A stretch of 42,461 nucleotides of DNA. Origin: an uncultured Eubacterium sp. GTDB taxonomy: Bacteria > Bacillota > Clostridia > Lachnospirales > Lachnospiraceae. The DNA lies in assembly GCA_905236735.1 (NCBI GenBank), contig CAJOOU010000050.1, positions 1 to 42,461 of the forward strand, in the 5' to 3' direction. The notes under the pieces are model-generated. The model was not told the DNA's origin. It worked only from the letters and a program-made list of their open reading frames with translations, and ran no database searches. The position numbers and the translations under genes were made by a program. Below, in pieces: positions 16,061 to 26,040 of this stretch. Each line of letters opens with the position of its first letter. Positions within the stretch are counted from its first letter, which is position 1.

Positions 16061-18675
16061 TTTATCGGCTCCTGAAGTTCATACAAAATATTTATGGCTT
16101 CAATCGGGGTAATCTTGTCAAGCTTTAGGTTTTTAAGCCTGTCTATTACCGCAAATTCATTTAAAGAAAGAGTACTTTCGCTGCCGGCGGCCGGTTTATC
16201 ATCCTCATCATATGATGCAAAATCCGCCTCAGTTATTTCTGCGGCACTTCCTGTATCTTTATCCGACACTATCGCCGAAAGAACTTCCTTGGCTCTTTTA
16301 AGCACAGGAGACGGTACACCGGCAAGTCTTGCAACTTCTATACCGTAGCTTCTGTCGGCACCTCCCGGTATTATCTTTCTCAAAAATATAATGCTCTCTC
16401 CGCTCTCTTTTACCGCTATAGAATAGTTTTTTACATTATCAAGTCTATCTTCAAGGGCAATCAGCTCATGGTAATGAGTGGCAAAGAGAGTCTTTGACCT
16501 CAGTTTTGTGCTGATGTATTCAGCGACAGCCCAGGCTATGGAAAGTCCGTCGTAGGTACTGGTACCCCTTCCTATTTCATCGAGGATAACAAGGCTTTTG
16601 TCTGTAGCGTTTCTGAGTATATTCGAAACCTCGTTCATCTCAAGCATAAATGTGCTTTGTCCGCTCGAAAGGTCATCCGAGGCGCCGACCCTTGTAAATA
16701 TCCTGTCTACTATGCCTATCTTTGCTTCGGCGGCGGGGACAAATGAGCCTATCTGACCCATTAGCACAATTAAAGCAGTCTGTCTCATATAGGTTGACTT
16801 ACCCGCCATATTGGGTCCCGTAATAAGAAGGAGCCTTTCATCATCCGAACTTAATAATGTATTGTTTTCAACAAATAATTCATTGTCCAAAGTAAGCTCA
16901 ACTACAGGATGCCTTCCGGCTACTATGTTTATTTCATCATCTTCCGTAATCTGTGGTCTTACATACCTGTTTTTCTCCGCAACATGAGCAAGAGAAAGGA
17001 TAACATCAAGTTTGGCTATGGCTTTTGCTGTTTTTTGTATTCTGACGACCTCGGATGCTATAGAATCCCTTATCATGCAGAAGGTATCATACTCGAGTCC
17101 GGTAAGCTTTTCTTCCGAACCGAGAATCTTATCCTCTATGGTCTTAAGTTCATCTGTAATATATCTTTCTGCGCCCGTCAGGGTCTGTTTTCGTATGAAA
17201 TAATCAGGTACCATTGACAGATACGAATTGGTGACCTCAAGATAATATCCGAATACCTTGTTGTATTTGATTCTGAGATTTTTGATACCGGTTTTTTCTT
17301 TTTCGTCTTCTTCTATTTTGGCAAGCCATTTTTTTCCGTCAACAGAAGCGCTTCTGTATTCATCGATTGCCTCTGAGAACCCTTCTTTAATTATGCCGCC
17401 GTCTCTTAATGTTATTGGAGGCTCATCAATAATGGACTCGTCAATCAGCCTGCTGATATCGCTTAATGGGTCGAGCTCATTTTCGATTTCTTTAATAAGC
17501 TCATCGTCATAGTTTTTCAATAGCTCTTTAATGGCGGGAAGATATTCAAGTGATGATTTAAAAGCAATCAAATCTCTTGGATTGGCATTCTGGTATGCTA
17601 TTCTTCCGATGAGTCTCTCGAGGTCATATACGGGATTTAAGTATTCTCTTATTTCTTCCCTGCCTATGATATCGTTAAAAAAGCATTCTACCGCAGAAAG
17701 TCTTTTGTTTATTTCCTCAGCGGAAATAAGTGGCTGCTCAATATAGCTCCTTAAAAGTCTCGAGCCCATTGCAGTACGGGTTTTGTCGAGTACCCATAAT
17801 AAAGAGCCAATCTTCCTTTTCTCGCGCATGGTTTCCGTGAGTTCTAAGTTACGGCGAGTGAAAGAATCCAGAAACATAAAAGAACCCGTCTCATAAGCGG
17901 ATATCCCCGTAATATGTTTTAAATCGTTTTTCTGGGTTTCGGTCAGATAACTCATCAAAGCGCCGGCAGCTATCATGCCGGTGTGATAGTCTTCAAGTCC
18001 GAGACCCTTTAACGAAGCCGTATTGAAATGCCTTATAAGGGCATCTTTGGCATTTGTTTTTCCGAAATACCACTTCGCCCCTTCGCTTACAGGAATACCG
18101 AGCCTTGACCTTAAATCGTTTATTTCCCGCTCATGAGTGAGAATAAGCTCTGAAACTATTATTTCAGACGGTGAGTATTTGTTAATTTCATCAAGCACCT
18201 TGCCGAAACTTCCGAGCTCGGTAAGGCCGAAATATCCTGTGGACACATCACTTACAGCAAGCCCAAATGAGTCTTTTTCCTCATAAAGACATATTATGTA
18301 ATTGTTTTTTGTCTCGTCAAGCGCACTGCCATTTAGATTGGTTCCGGGAGTAACCACCCTTATAACTTCTCTTTTTACAATACCCTTGGCCTGCTTGGGG
18401 TCTTCCACCTGCTCACAGATGGCCACCTTATAACCTTTTTCGACAAGTTTATTCAGATACCCTTCCGCCGCATGAAACGGTACACCGCACATTGGAGCCC
18501 TCTCTTCCATACCGCAGCTTTTACCGGTAAGTGTAAGTTCAAGTTCTTTTGAGACAATTTTTGCATCATCAAAAAACATCTCGTAAAAATCTCCGAGCCT
18601 GTAGAATAAGATACAGTCCTTATATTCCTCCTTCGTTTTGAGGTATTGTTTCATCATTGGTGTATATTCAGCCAT
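16057..18675 (-). CDS. mutS: DNA mismatch repair protein MutS
   Basis: 872 aa with the mismatch-binding motif GDFYE, Walker A GPNMAGKST, and DEIGRGTSTYDG. Confidence 0.95.
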   Translation of the reverse strand: MAEYTPMMKQYLKTKEEYKDCILFYRLGDFYEMFFDDAKIVSKELELTLTGKSCGMEERAPMCGVPFHAAEGYLNKLVEKGYKVAICEQVEDPKQAKGIVKREVIRVVTPGTNLNGSALDETKNNYIICLYEEKDSFGLAVSDVSTGYFGLTELGSFGKVLDEINKYSPSEIIVSELILTHEREINDLRSRLGIPVSEGAKWYFGKTNAKDALIRHFNTASLKGLGLEDYHTGMIAAGALMSYLTETQKNDLKHITGISAYETGSFMFLDSFTRRNLELTETMREKRKIGSLLWVLDKTRTAMGSRLLRSYIEQPLISAEEINKRLSAVECFFNDIIGREEIREYLNPVYDLERLIGRIAYQNANPRDLIAFKSSLEYLPAIKELLKNYDDELIKEIENELDPLSDISRLIDESIIDEPPITLRDGGIIKEGFSEAIDEYRSASVDGKKWLAKIEEDEKEKTGIKNLRIKYNKVFGYYLEVTNSYLSMVPDYFIRKQTLTGAERYITDELKTIEDKILGSEEKLTGLEYDTFCMIRDSIASEVVRIQKTAKAIAKLDVILSLAHVAEKNRYVRPQITEDDEINIVAGRHPVVELTLDNELFVENNTLLSSDDERLLLITGPNMAGKSTYMRQTALIVLMGQIGSFVPAAEAKIGIVDRIFTRVGASDDLSSGQSTFMLEMNEVSNILRNATDKSLVILDEIGRGTSTYDGLSIAWAVAEYISTKLRSKTLFATHYHELIALEDRLDNVKNYSIAVKESGESIIFLRKIIPGGADRSYGIEVARLAGVPSPVLKRAKEVLSAIVSDKDTGSAAEITEADFASYDEDDKPAAGSESTLSLNEFAVIDRLKNLKLDKITPIEAINILYELQEPIK

Positions 18676-18689
18676 AATTCTCTCTTCCT

Positions 18690-20276
18690 TTAAGGTCGGA
18701 ATCTGTTTGCAATAGCCTGCGCCGTTTTAATTCCGTCCATTGCTGCCGAAGTAATGCCTCCGGCGTAACCGGCTCCTTCTCCGCATGGATAAATCCATTT
18801 TTTTGAAGCCGTAAAATTTTCATCTCTTTCAATTCTGACAGGTGATGATGTCCTGCTTTCTATAGCGGAAAGTATTGCGTCATCTCTGTTAAATCCGTCT
18901 ATTATCTTTCCGAAATGCTCCATCCCTTCTATAAAAGCCTTGCCAAGCTCATCTGGTAAAATACCTCTAAGGTTCGCAAACTGTGCGTGGCCTTTAATCT
19001 CGGATTCATACCTTCCGTAGGAGGCGGATATAACCGAGTTTTTAAAATCACCGTAGAGCTGCTGCGGAATATTTCCGCCTCCGGCCCTGTAAGCCAGTTC
19101 TTCAAGCTTTCTTTGGAAAAGGATTCCGTTTAGAGGCTCTTTTCCTCCAAAATCGTCAGGAGTTACGGTGATAATAATAGCGCTGTTTGCATTTTTACCA
19201 TCCCTGGCCGAATAACTCATTCCGTTAATCGCTGTTCGTCCTTCTTCGGACGAAGCGTTTACCACATAGCCTCCCGGACACATGCAAAAAGAGTAAACCC
19301 CTCTGCCGCTTGTCGTTTTTGCCGTAAGCTTGTAGGTGGCAACAGGAAGATTTGCTATGCTGTTTTCTCCGTAAGCAGCCTTGTTTATCATATCCTGCGG
19401 ATGCTCCACCCTAAAGCCTACCGCAAAGGGTTTGGCGCTTATTTTCAGTCCGGTTTTGTAAAGATACTCAATCGTATCTCTCGCGCTGTGTCCTATGGCA
19501 AGAATTAGTGCATCGGTTTTTAAATAATCTCCGTTATCAAAATATACATAGTTTCCGTCAGGTTTTTCCTCAAATGAAGAAAACCGGGTATTAAACCTTA
19601 TTTCACCGCCGCAGCTTAAAATAGAGTTTCTTATGTTTTTTATTATAACCGATAAAACATCCGTACCCAGATGCGGTTTGGCATCATAGAGAATACTTTC
19701 GTCTGCTCCGAATCTTACAAATTCCTTTAAAACCCTTGTCATAATACCGTTTTTATCTTTAACAAGGGTGTTTAATTTGCCGTCAGAAAAAGTTCCGGCT
19801 CCTCCTTCTCCAAACTGCGCATTCGACTCAGGATTAAGTTTTTTGCCCGACCAGAAGTTTTCGAGGGTTTTCTTTCTGTCGTCAATACTTTCTCCGCGTT
19901 CTATTATTATTGGTTTATAACCGGCCTCAGCAAGAAAAAGTCCGCAAAAAAGCCCTGCCGGTCCGCTTCCGATTATAACAGGTCTTTCTTTTATCCGGTG
20001 CGAAGCGTTTATTTCAAAACAGAATTCTTTGGTATCCGATATTTTTACATCACCTGATTTTTTATGTTTTTTTAGTATCTCCGACTCTTTTTTGCACCCG
20101 GCATCAAAGGAATATACATAATGGATATCGTCTTTTTTTCTTGCGTCAAGAGAGCGCCTTTTAATATTCAGGGTGATAATATCCTCTGGCTTAATTTTAA
20201 GTTTGCGGGCAACAAGTTCACGGAGCCTGTTTTCGTCTGCCGATATATTTGCTTTTACATTATTTACCCTTAACAC
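18690..20276 (-). CDS. Uncharacterised FAD-dependent protein (COG2509-like)
   Basis: It has the dinucleotide-binding motif IIGSGPAGL and the segment GEGGAGTFSDGKL. I chose the start at GTG 20276 (VLRVNNVK), which has a GGAGGA RBS 4 nt upstream. The 5' ORF extension overlaps the upstream gene by 212 nt and looks non-coding. Confidence 0.75.
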   Translation of the reverse strand: MLRVNNVKANISADENRLRELVARKLKIKPEDIITLNIKRRSLDARKKDDIHYVYSFDAGCKKESEILKKHKKSGDVKISDTKEFCFEINASHRIKERPVIIGSGPAGLFCGLFLAEAGYKPIIIERGESIDDRKKTLENFWSGKKLNPESNAQFGEGGAGTFSDGKLNTLVKDKNGIMTRVLKEFVRFGADESILYDAKPHLGTDVLSVIIKNIRNSILSCGGEIRFNTRFSSFEEKPDGNYVYFDNGDYLKTDALILAIGHSARDTIEYLYKTGLKISAKPFAVGFRVEHPQDMINKAAYGENSIANLPVATYKLTAKTTSGRGVYSFCMCPGGYVVNASSEEGRTAINGMSYSARDGKNANSAIIITVTPDDFGGKEPLNGILFQRKLEELAYRAGGGNIPQQLYGDFKNSVISASYGRYESEIKGHAQFANLRGILPDELGKAFIEGMEHFGKIIDGFNRDDAILSAIESRTSSPVRIERDENFTASKKWIYPCGEGAGYAGGITSAAMDGIKTAQAIANRFRP

Positions 20277-21507
20277 ATCTTCCTCCCGAAGCGCTTTGCG
20301 CGGCAACAGCTGCGCTTGACCACGCCCATTGCAGGTTGTAACCTCCGCATTTGCCGTCAACATCAATAATTTCTCCGGCAAAATAAATATCCTCCGCCAG
20401 AAGCGATGACATAGTAAACGGATTAATCTCCGATATATCCACTCCTCCGGCTGTAACCTGAGCCTTTTCATAGCCCAGAGGTTCTTTTATTGTGCAGCGG
20501 AACCGCTTAATTGTTTTTACAAGTTTATCCATCTCATCCGGCGACAGATCTCCAAAATTTTTATCCTCCAAAATCCCTGCAAGCTTTAGAAAAAGCTTAC
20601 CAAGCTTTCGGTTAAAAAGTCCGGATATTGCATCGACGCTTTTTCTTTTCGGACAGTTTTTGGCCAAAAATAAAAGAATGTCTTTGAGTTTTTCCTCACT
20701 TTGCCCCGGATAAAAATCAATATAAACCTCCGGCTTTTTACCCTCACAAATAGCAAGAGAAGCATATCGGGAAATCTGGAAAGTCACAATACCCGATATC
20801 CCGTATGAAGTAAGCTGCAATTGGCCTTCATCTGATGCAATAAGCTTTTCTCCGACATATAAATCCATCCTGCAATCTGCTCTTACCCCCGCAACATCTT
20901 TAAAAAAACCTTCAAAACAAACCAAGGGGCAAAGAGCCGGATGAGAAGGAGTCATATTGTGTCCGAGATCTTTGATGAGAAAATATCCGCATCCGTCACT
21001 GCCGGATAAGGCATATGACAATCCGCCGAGAGCAAATATCACCTTTTGAGCGGAAAAATCACCTTTTTTGGTTTTGAGAAGCCATCTGCCGTCTGCTTTT
21101 TCCATACTTTTTACGAAAATATCGCAAATAAGGTCCGCTCCGTTTTCCTTAAGGGTGAAAAGCAGTGCATCAAGCACACTGTCGGCTCTGTCACTTTGGG
21201 GATATACATAACCGTTCTTTTCGTATGTCATAATACCCGTTTTCCGGAAAAATTCCAAGGTGTCCCTTTGAGAAAATTCCTTAAGTACTGTTTTTACAAA
21301 CTCATCATCTTTGGAATGATAATTCGATATATCCTGATTTGTGTTGGTCAGATTGCATCTGCCGTTTCCTGTAACAAGCAGTTTTTTTCCGGGCGAGCGC
21401 ATATGTTCAAGTACGGCTGTTTTTTTACCGTTTCTGCTGCATATAACTCCGGCGCAAAGCCCGGACGCACCTGCGCCCAAAATCACAATGTCATAATAAT
21501 TAATCAA
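20260..21507 (-). CDS. HI0933/BaiN-like FAD-binding flavoprotein (aminoacetone-oxidase family)
   Basis: It has the N-terminal Rossmann motif DIVILGAGASGL and the C-terminal region VTAGGV...GEIIDVDGKCGGYNLQWAWSS typical of the family. It starts at TTG, overlapping the upstream TGA, with an AAGGTG RBS. Confidence 0.8.
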   Translation of the reverse strand: MINYYDIVILGAGASGLCAGVICSRNGKKTAVLEHMRSPGKKLLVTGNGRCNLTNTNQDISNYHSKDDEFVKTVLKEFSQRDTLEFFRKTGIMTYEKNGYVYPQSDRADSVLDALLFTLKENGADLICDIFVKSMEKADGRWLLKTKKGDFSAQKVIFALGGLSYALSGSDGCGYFLIKDLGHNMTPSHPALCPLVCFEGFFKDVAGVRADCRMDLYVGEKLIASDEGQLQLTSYGISGIVTFQISRYASLAICEGKKPEVYIDFYPGQSEEKLKDILLFLAKNCPKRKSVDAISGLFNRKLGKLFLKLAGILEDKNFGDLSPDEMDKLVKTIKRFRCTIKEPLGYEKAQVTAGGVDISEINPFTMSSLLAEDIYFAGEIIDVDGKCGGYNLQWAWSSAAVAAQSASGGRCVKGK

Positions 21508-23162
21508 AGTAAATGCACCTTTTTAAATATCCTTACAAGACTTTCACCTTTAGGGAAATTTTTAAGTTCCGCTTCCGAAAGTCCGCCTATTTTTACCAGT
21601 GTAACGGCGTATATTACCGCACCGAATATGATGGAAAGCATAGTGCTTACCGCATTAATATTGCAAAGCATCATAAAAAATCTGTACAGCGCAAATACAC
21701 ACACTCCCATAACAACAGATGCTATAAGAGGCATAAGATAGGTGTATCTGTACTCCTGCACATAACCTGAATATGCGTGAATGGAAATTGAGTTCAGTAC
21801 ACACATAATCAGGGCAAAGATGGCATTTGCTATAACTACGGCAAAAACGCCTATCTTAAACACAAACATAATGGCAACAAGGGCAATTATGTGTAAAACA
21901 AGGGCCGTAAGCGCATTTTTTACAGGCGCCGACATCTTATCTATACCCTGAAGCACCGCGTTTGAAACCGTTGATATCGAATAAAATATAACGGATATTG
22001 CGCCAACTTGTATCATAAGAGCGCTGAGCGCTCTCGTATCTCCAAAAAGCAAAGTAAGTATAGGACCTGCAAGCACAGCCAGACCAATAGTACAAGGAAA
22101 GGCTATAATCATAACAAAGCGAAGGGCTGAGTATATTTTTGAATGTACAACTTCCTTGTCTTTTTGTGCCAGCGCCGATGTTATGCTCGGAACGCATGAA
22201 GCCGCTATGGCAGAGGAAATGGCTATAGGCACATTGATAAGCACCTTGTATTTTCCGGTAAATATTCCCCACCATGTGGAAATATCGCTCTCAGAATAAT
22301 TCTGGAAAAGCGCAAGGTTTTTAAATATACCCTGGTCGATAATTGAGCTGATATTGTATACGGTTGTGCTGAGCAAAACCGGGACTATGGTAAATATCAA
22401 AACCGCAAAAATACTACTGTAGCTCTCCACTCTTTTCTTTGATGTAAATGAGCGCTTTGATACAAATCCCTTTCTGAACAGCAGAAAGACACCTGTTAAA
22501 AACAAAAGCGAGACAAATGCACCTGCTGTTGTACCGAGAGTGCCTCCTGCAGCACCGTAGCTTTCCGAAAATTCCTTTTCGTTTCCTACAACTTTTCCAA
22601 TCCTGAGTCCGTAGTTAAAAAGTACATAGGCTGCGCCCACGCTCACAACCGCGTTAACTATCTGCTCAACAATCTGTGAAAGCGCGCTTGGTACCATGGT
22701 TCCCATACCTTGAAAAAATCCTCTTATTACCCCCATTACGGCGACAATAAGAAGAGTCGGACCAAGTATTTTAAGCGCCAGATAACTCTGTGGCGTGGCG
22801 AGCAGATTGGTAAAAAATCCGGCTCCGAACCAGACAATTGCAAAAGCCGCTCCTCCGGTTACAATAGCAAAGATTAAAGCTCCCTTAAAAATTCTGTATG
22901 CATTTTTTCTTTCGCCTCTTGACATCCTTGCAGCTACAAGCTTTGAGACCGCAAGCGGAAGGCTGTATGAGGAAATAAGGAGCAGAATATTATACACATC
23001 ATAAGCACTGCTGTAATAGTTATTTCCGTCATCTCCTATTATGTTTGTCAGGGGTACCCTGTAAATGAGACCGATTATCCTGCTGATTATAGAAGCTATG
23101 GCAAGTATTGAACCCTGCAGCAGAAAATCGTTTTTTGTTTTTTTCTTATTTATACTATCCAT
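21504..23162 (-). CDS. MOP-superfamily flippase (MurJ/SpoVB/YtgP family, probable lipid II flippase)
   Basis: 552 aa with about 14 TM helices. The N-terminus (GSILAIASIISRIIGLIYRVPLTNIIGDDG) is typical of the polysaccharide-biosynthesis/MurJ family. Confidence 0.8.
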   Translation of the reverse strand: MDSINKKKTKNDFLLQGSILAIASIISRIIGLIYRVPLTNIIGDDGNNYYSSAYDVYNILLLISSYSLPLAVSKLVAARMSRGERKNAYRIFKGALIFAIVTGGAAFAIVWFGAGFFTNLLATPQSYLALKILGPTLLIVAVMGVIRGFFQGMGTMVPSALSQIVEQIVNAVVSVGAAYVLFNYGLRIGKVVGNEKEFSESYGAAGGTLGTTAGAFVSLLFLTGVFLLFRKGFVSKRSFTSKKRVESYSSIFAVLIFTIVPVLLSTTVYNISSIIDQGIFKNLALFQNYSESDISTWWGIFTGKYKVLINVPIAISSAIAASCVPSITSALAQKDKEVVHSKIYSALRFVMIIAFPCTIGLAVLAGPILTLLFGDTRALSALMIQVGAISVIFYSISTVSNAVLQGIDKMSAPVKNALTALVLHIIALVAIMFVFKIGVFAVVIANAIFALIMCVLNSISIHAYSGYVQEYRYTYLMPLIASVVMGVCVFALYRFFMMLCNINAVSTMLSIIFGAVIYAVTLVKIGGLSEAELKNFPKGESLVRIFKKVHLL

Positions 23163-23164
23163 AA

Positions 23165-23662
23165 TTATCTTGTTATATTTAAAGCTCCGAGAACTTCCTC
23201 CTGCCTTTTGGTCATTATTTCCTCTTCCTGCGGATTCATATGGTCGTGCCCGAATAAATGCATCATGCTGTGAGCAATCAAAAATGCATATTCCCTTTTA
23301 ACAGAGTGGCCGAACTGCTTTGCCTGGCTTATTACCTTTGGTATGCATAAAACTATATCACCGAGCACAAGTTCCCCGGTATCGGGATTAAAGTTTTCTG
23401 TCCCTGTTTCATCATCCAAATCAAAGCATTCCGGCTCCTCATACTCAAGCATCGGAAAAGACAAAACATCGGTGGATGAGTCTATGTTTCTGTAGGTATT
23501 GTTAATCTCCCTTATGGTTTCCTCATCGGTAAGTGTAAGGTTTACCTCTGTTTCATACGGACAGCCTGCTATATCCGCTGCCTTTTCTATGACCGACTTT
23601 GCCAGCTTATATTCATCGAAATCAAAGTTGTAATCATATTCTTTTTCAAAATTTACTGTCAT
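23165..23662 (-). CDS. ybeY: rRNA maturation endoribonuclease YbeY
   Basis: 165 aa with the zinc motif HSMMHLFGHDH (H-x3-H-x5-H). Confidence 0.92.
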   Translation of the reverse strand: MTVNFEKEYDYNFDFDEYKLAKSVIEKAADIAGCPYETEVNLTLTDEETIREINNTYRNIDSSTDVLSFPMLEYEEPECFDLDDETGTENFNPDTGELVLGDIVLCIPKVISQAKQFGHSVKREYAFLIAHSMMHLFGHDHMNPQEEEIMTKRQEEVLGALNITR

Positions 23663-24854
23663 ATTCTTTACCGACCTTAACCAGTATTTCCCTTAGCTTT
23701 ATAAACTGATTCATTGATGTTCCGCTCTCGTCCATAACACCGCTTCTTGAAAGCTCGTTGGTGTACTGGTGCATAAAGATTTCGTAATCTCCTATAGGTC
23801 TTCCTTCTCTTCTGTTTTTATCAAGTTCTCCAAAAACATTATCTGTAATATAGGCAATGAAGCTTTCTCTTGTGGACGGCTTTTTATATACAGCGCCTAT
23901 TTCATAAAGATTATGTATGACCTTCGCGGGGAATTTATATTCCAGAGCTATCTTAACAGCACTTTTATAGCTGCCGTCACCTCCGTCATAATCGCCTATA
24001 TGATAATACAGTCCCGTGCACTCTGCAATCCTCTCATCTGCCCCTGTCTCCTTTGCCATAAAAGAGCACACCCTTGAAACATAAAGGCAGTGATTGTAAT
24101 AATCCCTGTCAAACTCACGCATAAGTTTTTGCAGTTCAAAATTTTTATCGGTAACCTTATCTATTTTCCGGCTTTCTTCTCCGAGAACAAATTTATTGTA
24201 CAGCCGGATAAAAATCAAAAGCAGCAGGCACTGACAAAAGGCTGACGAAAGTGAATAGGTGAAAAACAGATAGTCAAAGCAACCGTTTTTCAGATAATAC
24301 ATTAAAACGCCCAGACCTGTGCAGACAGCGACTATGGTAATACAGTATTTATATAGTCTGACCTTTGTATCTGATTTAAGCCCGGAGGCTATCATAGCAC
24401 CTATAAGGGACATGAAACACATATAAAGTATCAAAAGCGTATCTGCTGCTGAAATTACCGAATAAATAAGCGAAAAACAAAGGCTGATGGATATGCCTAT
24501 ATAAGGCTCAAACATTATTGCGCCGATAACACTGCACAAAAGCACCGGTTCTGTAAATTCCGGAAAAATGCAGCACGAAAGCATTATTACCATGGATGAA
24601 ACAATAACGGTAAAAAGAGAACGGAAATCCCTGTATATACTCTCGTACATATCATGCCTGCGTTTTTCAAACATAAATGTGTATGTAATCATAAGAAAAC
24701 ATACCACGCTCATGAAAATATATCCATAAAATTCTCTGGTTTCAGGCCCAATCTTCCTGAATAAAAGAAAGAAAAGGTCATAAAACAAAAACGCTGCACC
24801 GCTAAAAACAAGGCATAACGGTTTGGTATCCGGGATTAGAGATTTATCTGTCAT
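23646..24854 (-). CDS. Polytopic membrane protein with a C-terminal degenerate HD-like domain (short PgpH/YqfF-like)
   Basis: It has about 7-8 TM helices followed by NHCLYVSRVCSFMAKETGADERIAECTGLYYHIGD, which resembles the PgpH HD domain. It occupies the conserved phoH-yqfF-ybeY position. It overlaps phoH by 4 nt and ybeY by 17 nt. Confidence 0.7.
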   Translation of the reverse strand: MTDKSLIPDTKPLCLVFSGAAFLFYDLFFLLFRKIGPETREFYGYIFMSVVCFLMITYTFMFEKRRHDMYESIYRDFRSLFTVIVSSMVIMLSCCIFPEFTEPVLLCSVIGAIMFEPYIGISISLCFSLIYSVISAADTLLILYMCFMSLIGAMIASGLKSDTKVRLYKYCITIVAVCTGLGVLMYYLKNGCFDYLFFTYSLSSAFCQCLLLLIFIRLYNKFVLGEESRKIDKVTDKNFELQKLMREFDRDYYNHCLYVSRVCSFMAKETGADERIAECTGLYYHIGDYDGGDGSYKSAVKIALEYKFPAKVIHNLYEIGAVYKKPSTRESFIAYITDNVFGELDKNRREGRPIGDYEIFMHQYTNELSRSGVMDESGTSMNQFIKLREILVKVGKEYDSKF

Positions 24855-25834
24855 CTTTGTCTGCCCCTGCCCTTTTCTTTTTTGTTTTCATTTGCCTCGT
24901 ATGCCTTCACTATTTTCTGCACAAGAGGATGTCTGACAACATCTTTGCTGGTTAGCTTGCATATTCCGATTTCGTCTATACCTCTGAGTATCCTTAGAGA
25001 ATCCTCGAGTCCGCTTTTGGCGTCCGGTGCAAGGTCTTTCTGGGTAATATCTCCGGTCACCACCACCTTTGAGCCAAACCCTATTCTGGTTAAAAACATC
25101 TTCATTTGTGCCGGCGTCGTATTTTGCGCCTCATCAAGAATAATATAGGCATTATCCAAAGTTCTTCCTCTCATATATGCCAGAGGTGCCACCTCAATCA
25201 GGCCTTTTTCGGAGTTTTTAATAAAGCTTTCCGCTCCCATTATCTGATAAAGCGCATCATATAAAGGTCTTAAATAAGGATCTACCTTGCTTTGCAAATC
25301 TCCGGGCAAAAATCCCAGCTTCTCTCCGGCCTCTATGGCAGGTCTGGTCATTATTATCCTGCCGACCTCATCGTTTTTAAAGGCTGTAATAGCCATAGCC
25401 ATTGCGAGGTAGGTCTTACCGGTGCCCGCAGGTCCTATGCCAAAGGTAATCATTTTTTCCTTCATTGTTTTTACATAGTTTTGCTGTCCGAAAGTTTTGG
25501 CCTGTACCGGCTTGCCTGCAGTAGTATGACAGATGATGTCTTTGTCAATGTCGCTGACGCTCAGAGGGCTTTTTTCCATTGCAAGAGATATGGCATAATT
25601 TATTTTATGCTCTGTTATATCCTCTCCGCCTCTTAACACATCAATAAGCTGCATTATAACAGAAACAGCCGAAGATACATTCGCGCTGTTTCCCATAACC
25701 TTTAAATTGCCGTCTCTATAAACCAGAGTAACCCCAAAGGTCCTTTCTATCTTTTTTATATTGGTATCGAAACTGCCGCATAAGCTGCCGAAATACTCTC
25801 CCGGCACGGTAAGTGTCTGTTCGTTTATTTCCAT
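24851..25834 (-). CDS. phoH: PhoH-like ATPase
   Basis: It has Walker A GPAGTGKT and segments ILDEAQN and TGDITQKDL. An AGGAGG RBS lies upstream. Confidence 0.92.
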   Translation of the reverse strand: MEINEQTLTVPGEYFGSLCGSFDTNIKKIERTFGVTLVYRDGNLKVMGNSANVSSAVSVIMQLIDVLRGGEDITEHKINYAISLAMEKSPLSVSDIDKDIICHTTAGKPVQAKTFGQQNYVKTMKEKMITFGIGPAGTGKTYLAMAMAITAFKNDEVGRIIMTRPAIEAGEKLGFLPGDLQSKVDPYLRPLYDALYQIMGAESFIKNSEKGLIEVAPLAYMRGRTLDNAYIILDEAQNTTPAQMKMFLTRIGFGSKVVVTGDITQKDLAPDAKSGLEDSLRILRGIDEIGICKLTSKDVVRHPLVQKIVKAYEANENKKEKGRGRQR

Positions 25835-25933
25835 AGGAAAATAAAGTCCTCCTAAAACAACATATCATTCAGCCCCATAAGCCTCTATTATTTTAACATT
25901 ATTGTTTTAAAAATAAAAGAGCGAGAAATGGTA

Positions 25934-25962
25934 TTGACAATGTTTAAAAATAATGTTAAATT
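25934..25962 (+). promoter_or_regulatory. Putative sigma-A promoter of the Rrf2-suf operon
   Basis: TTGACA (25934-25939), a 17-nt spacer, then TAAATT (25957-25962). It lies about 80 nt upstream of the Rrf2 ATG. Confidence 0.5.
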
Positions 25963-25973
25963 TACTTGAAAAT

Positions 25974-25998
25974 AAATCCGACAGATTTACTCGGAATT
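25974..25998 (+). promoter_or_regulatory. Candidate Rrf2/IscR-type operator (25-nt imperfect palindrome)
   Basis: AAATCCGACAGATTTACTCGGAATT contains TCCGA-N9-TCGGA. By my count it matches 18/25 positions of the IscR type-1 consensus ATASYYGACTRWWWYAGTCRRSTAT. It sits just downstream of the predicted -10 element. Confidence 0.4.
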
Positions 25999-26040
25999 AA
26001 AATTACAGTTTCTATAAATTGGAATGAAAGGAATAAATTA

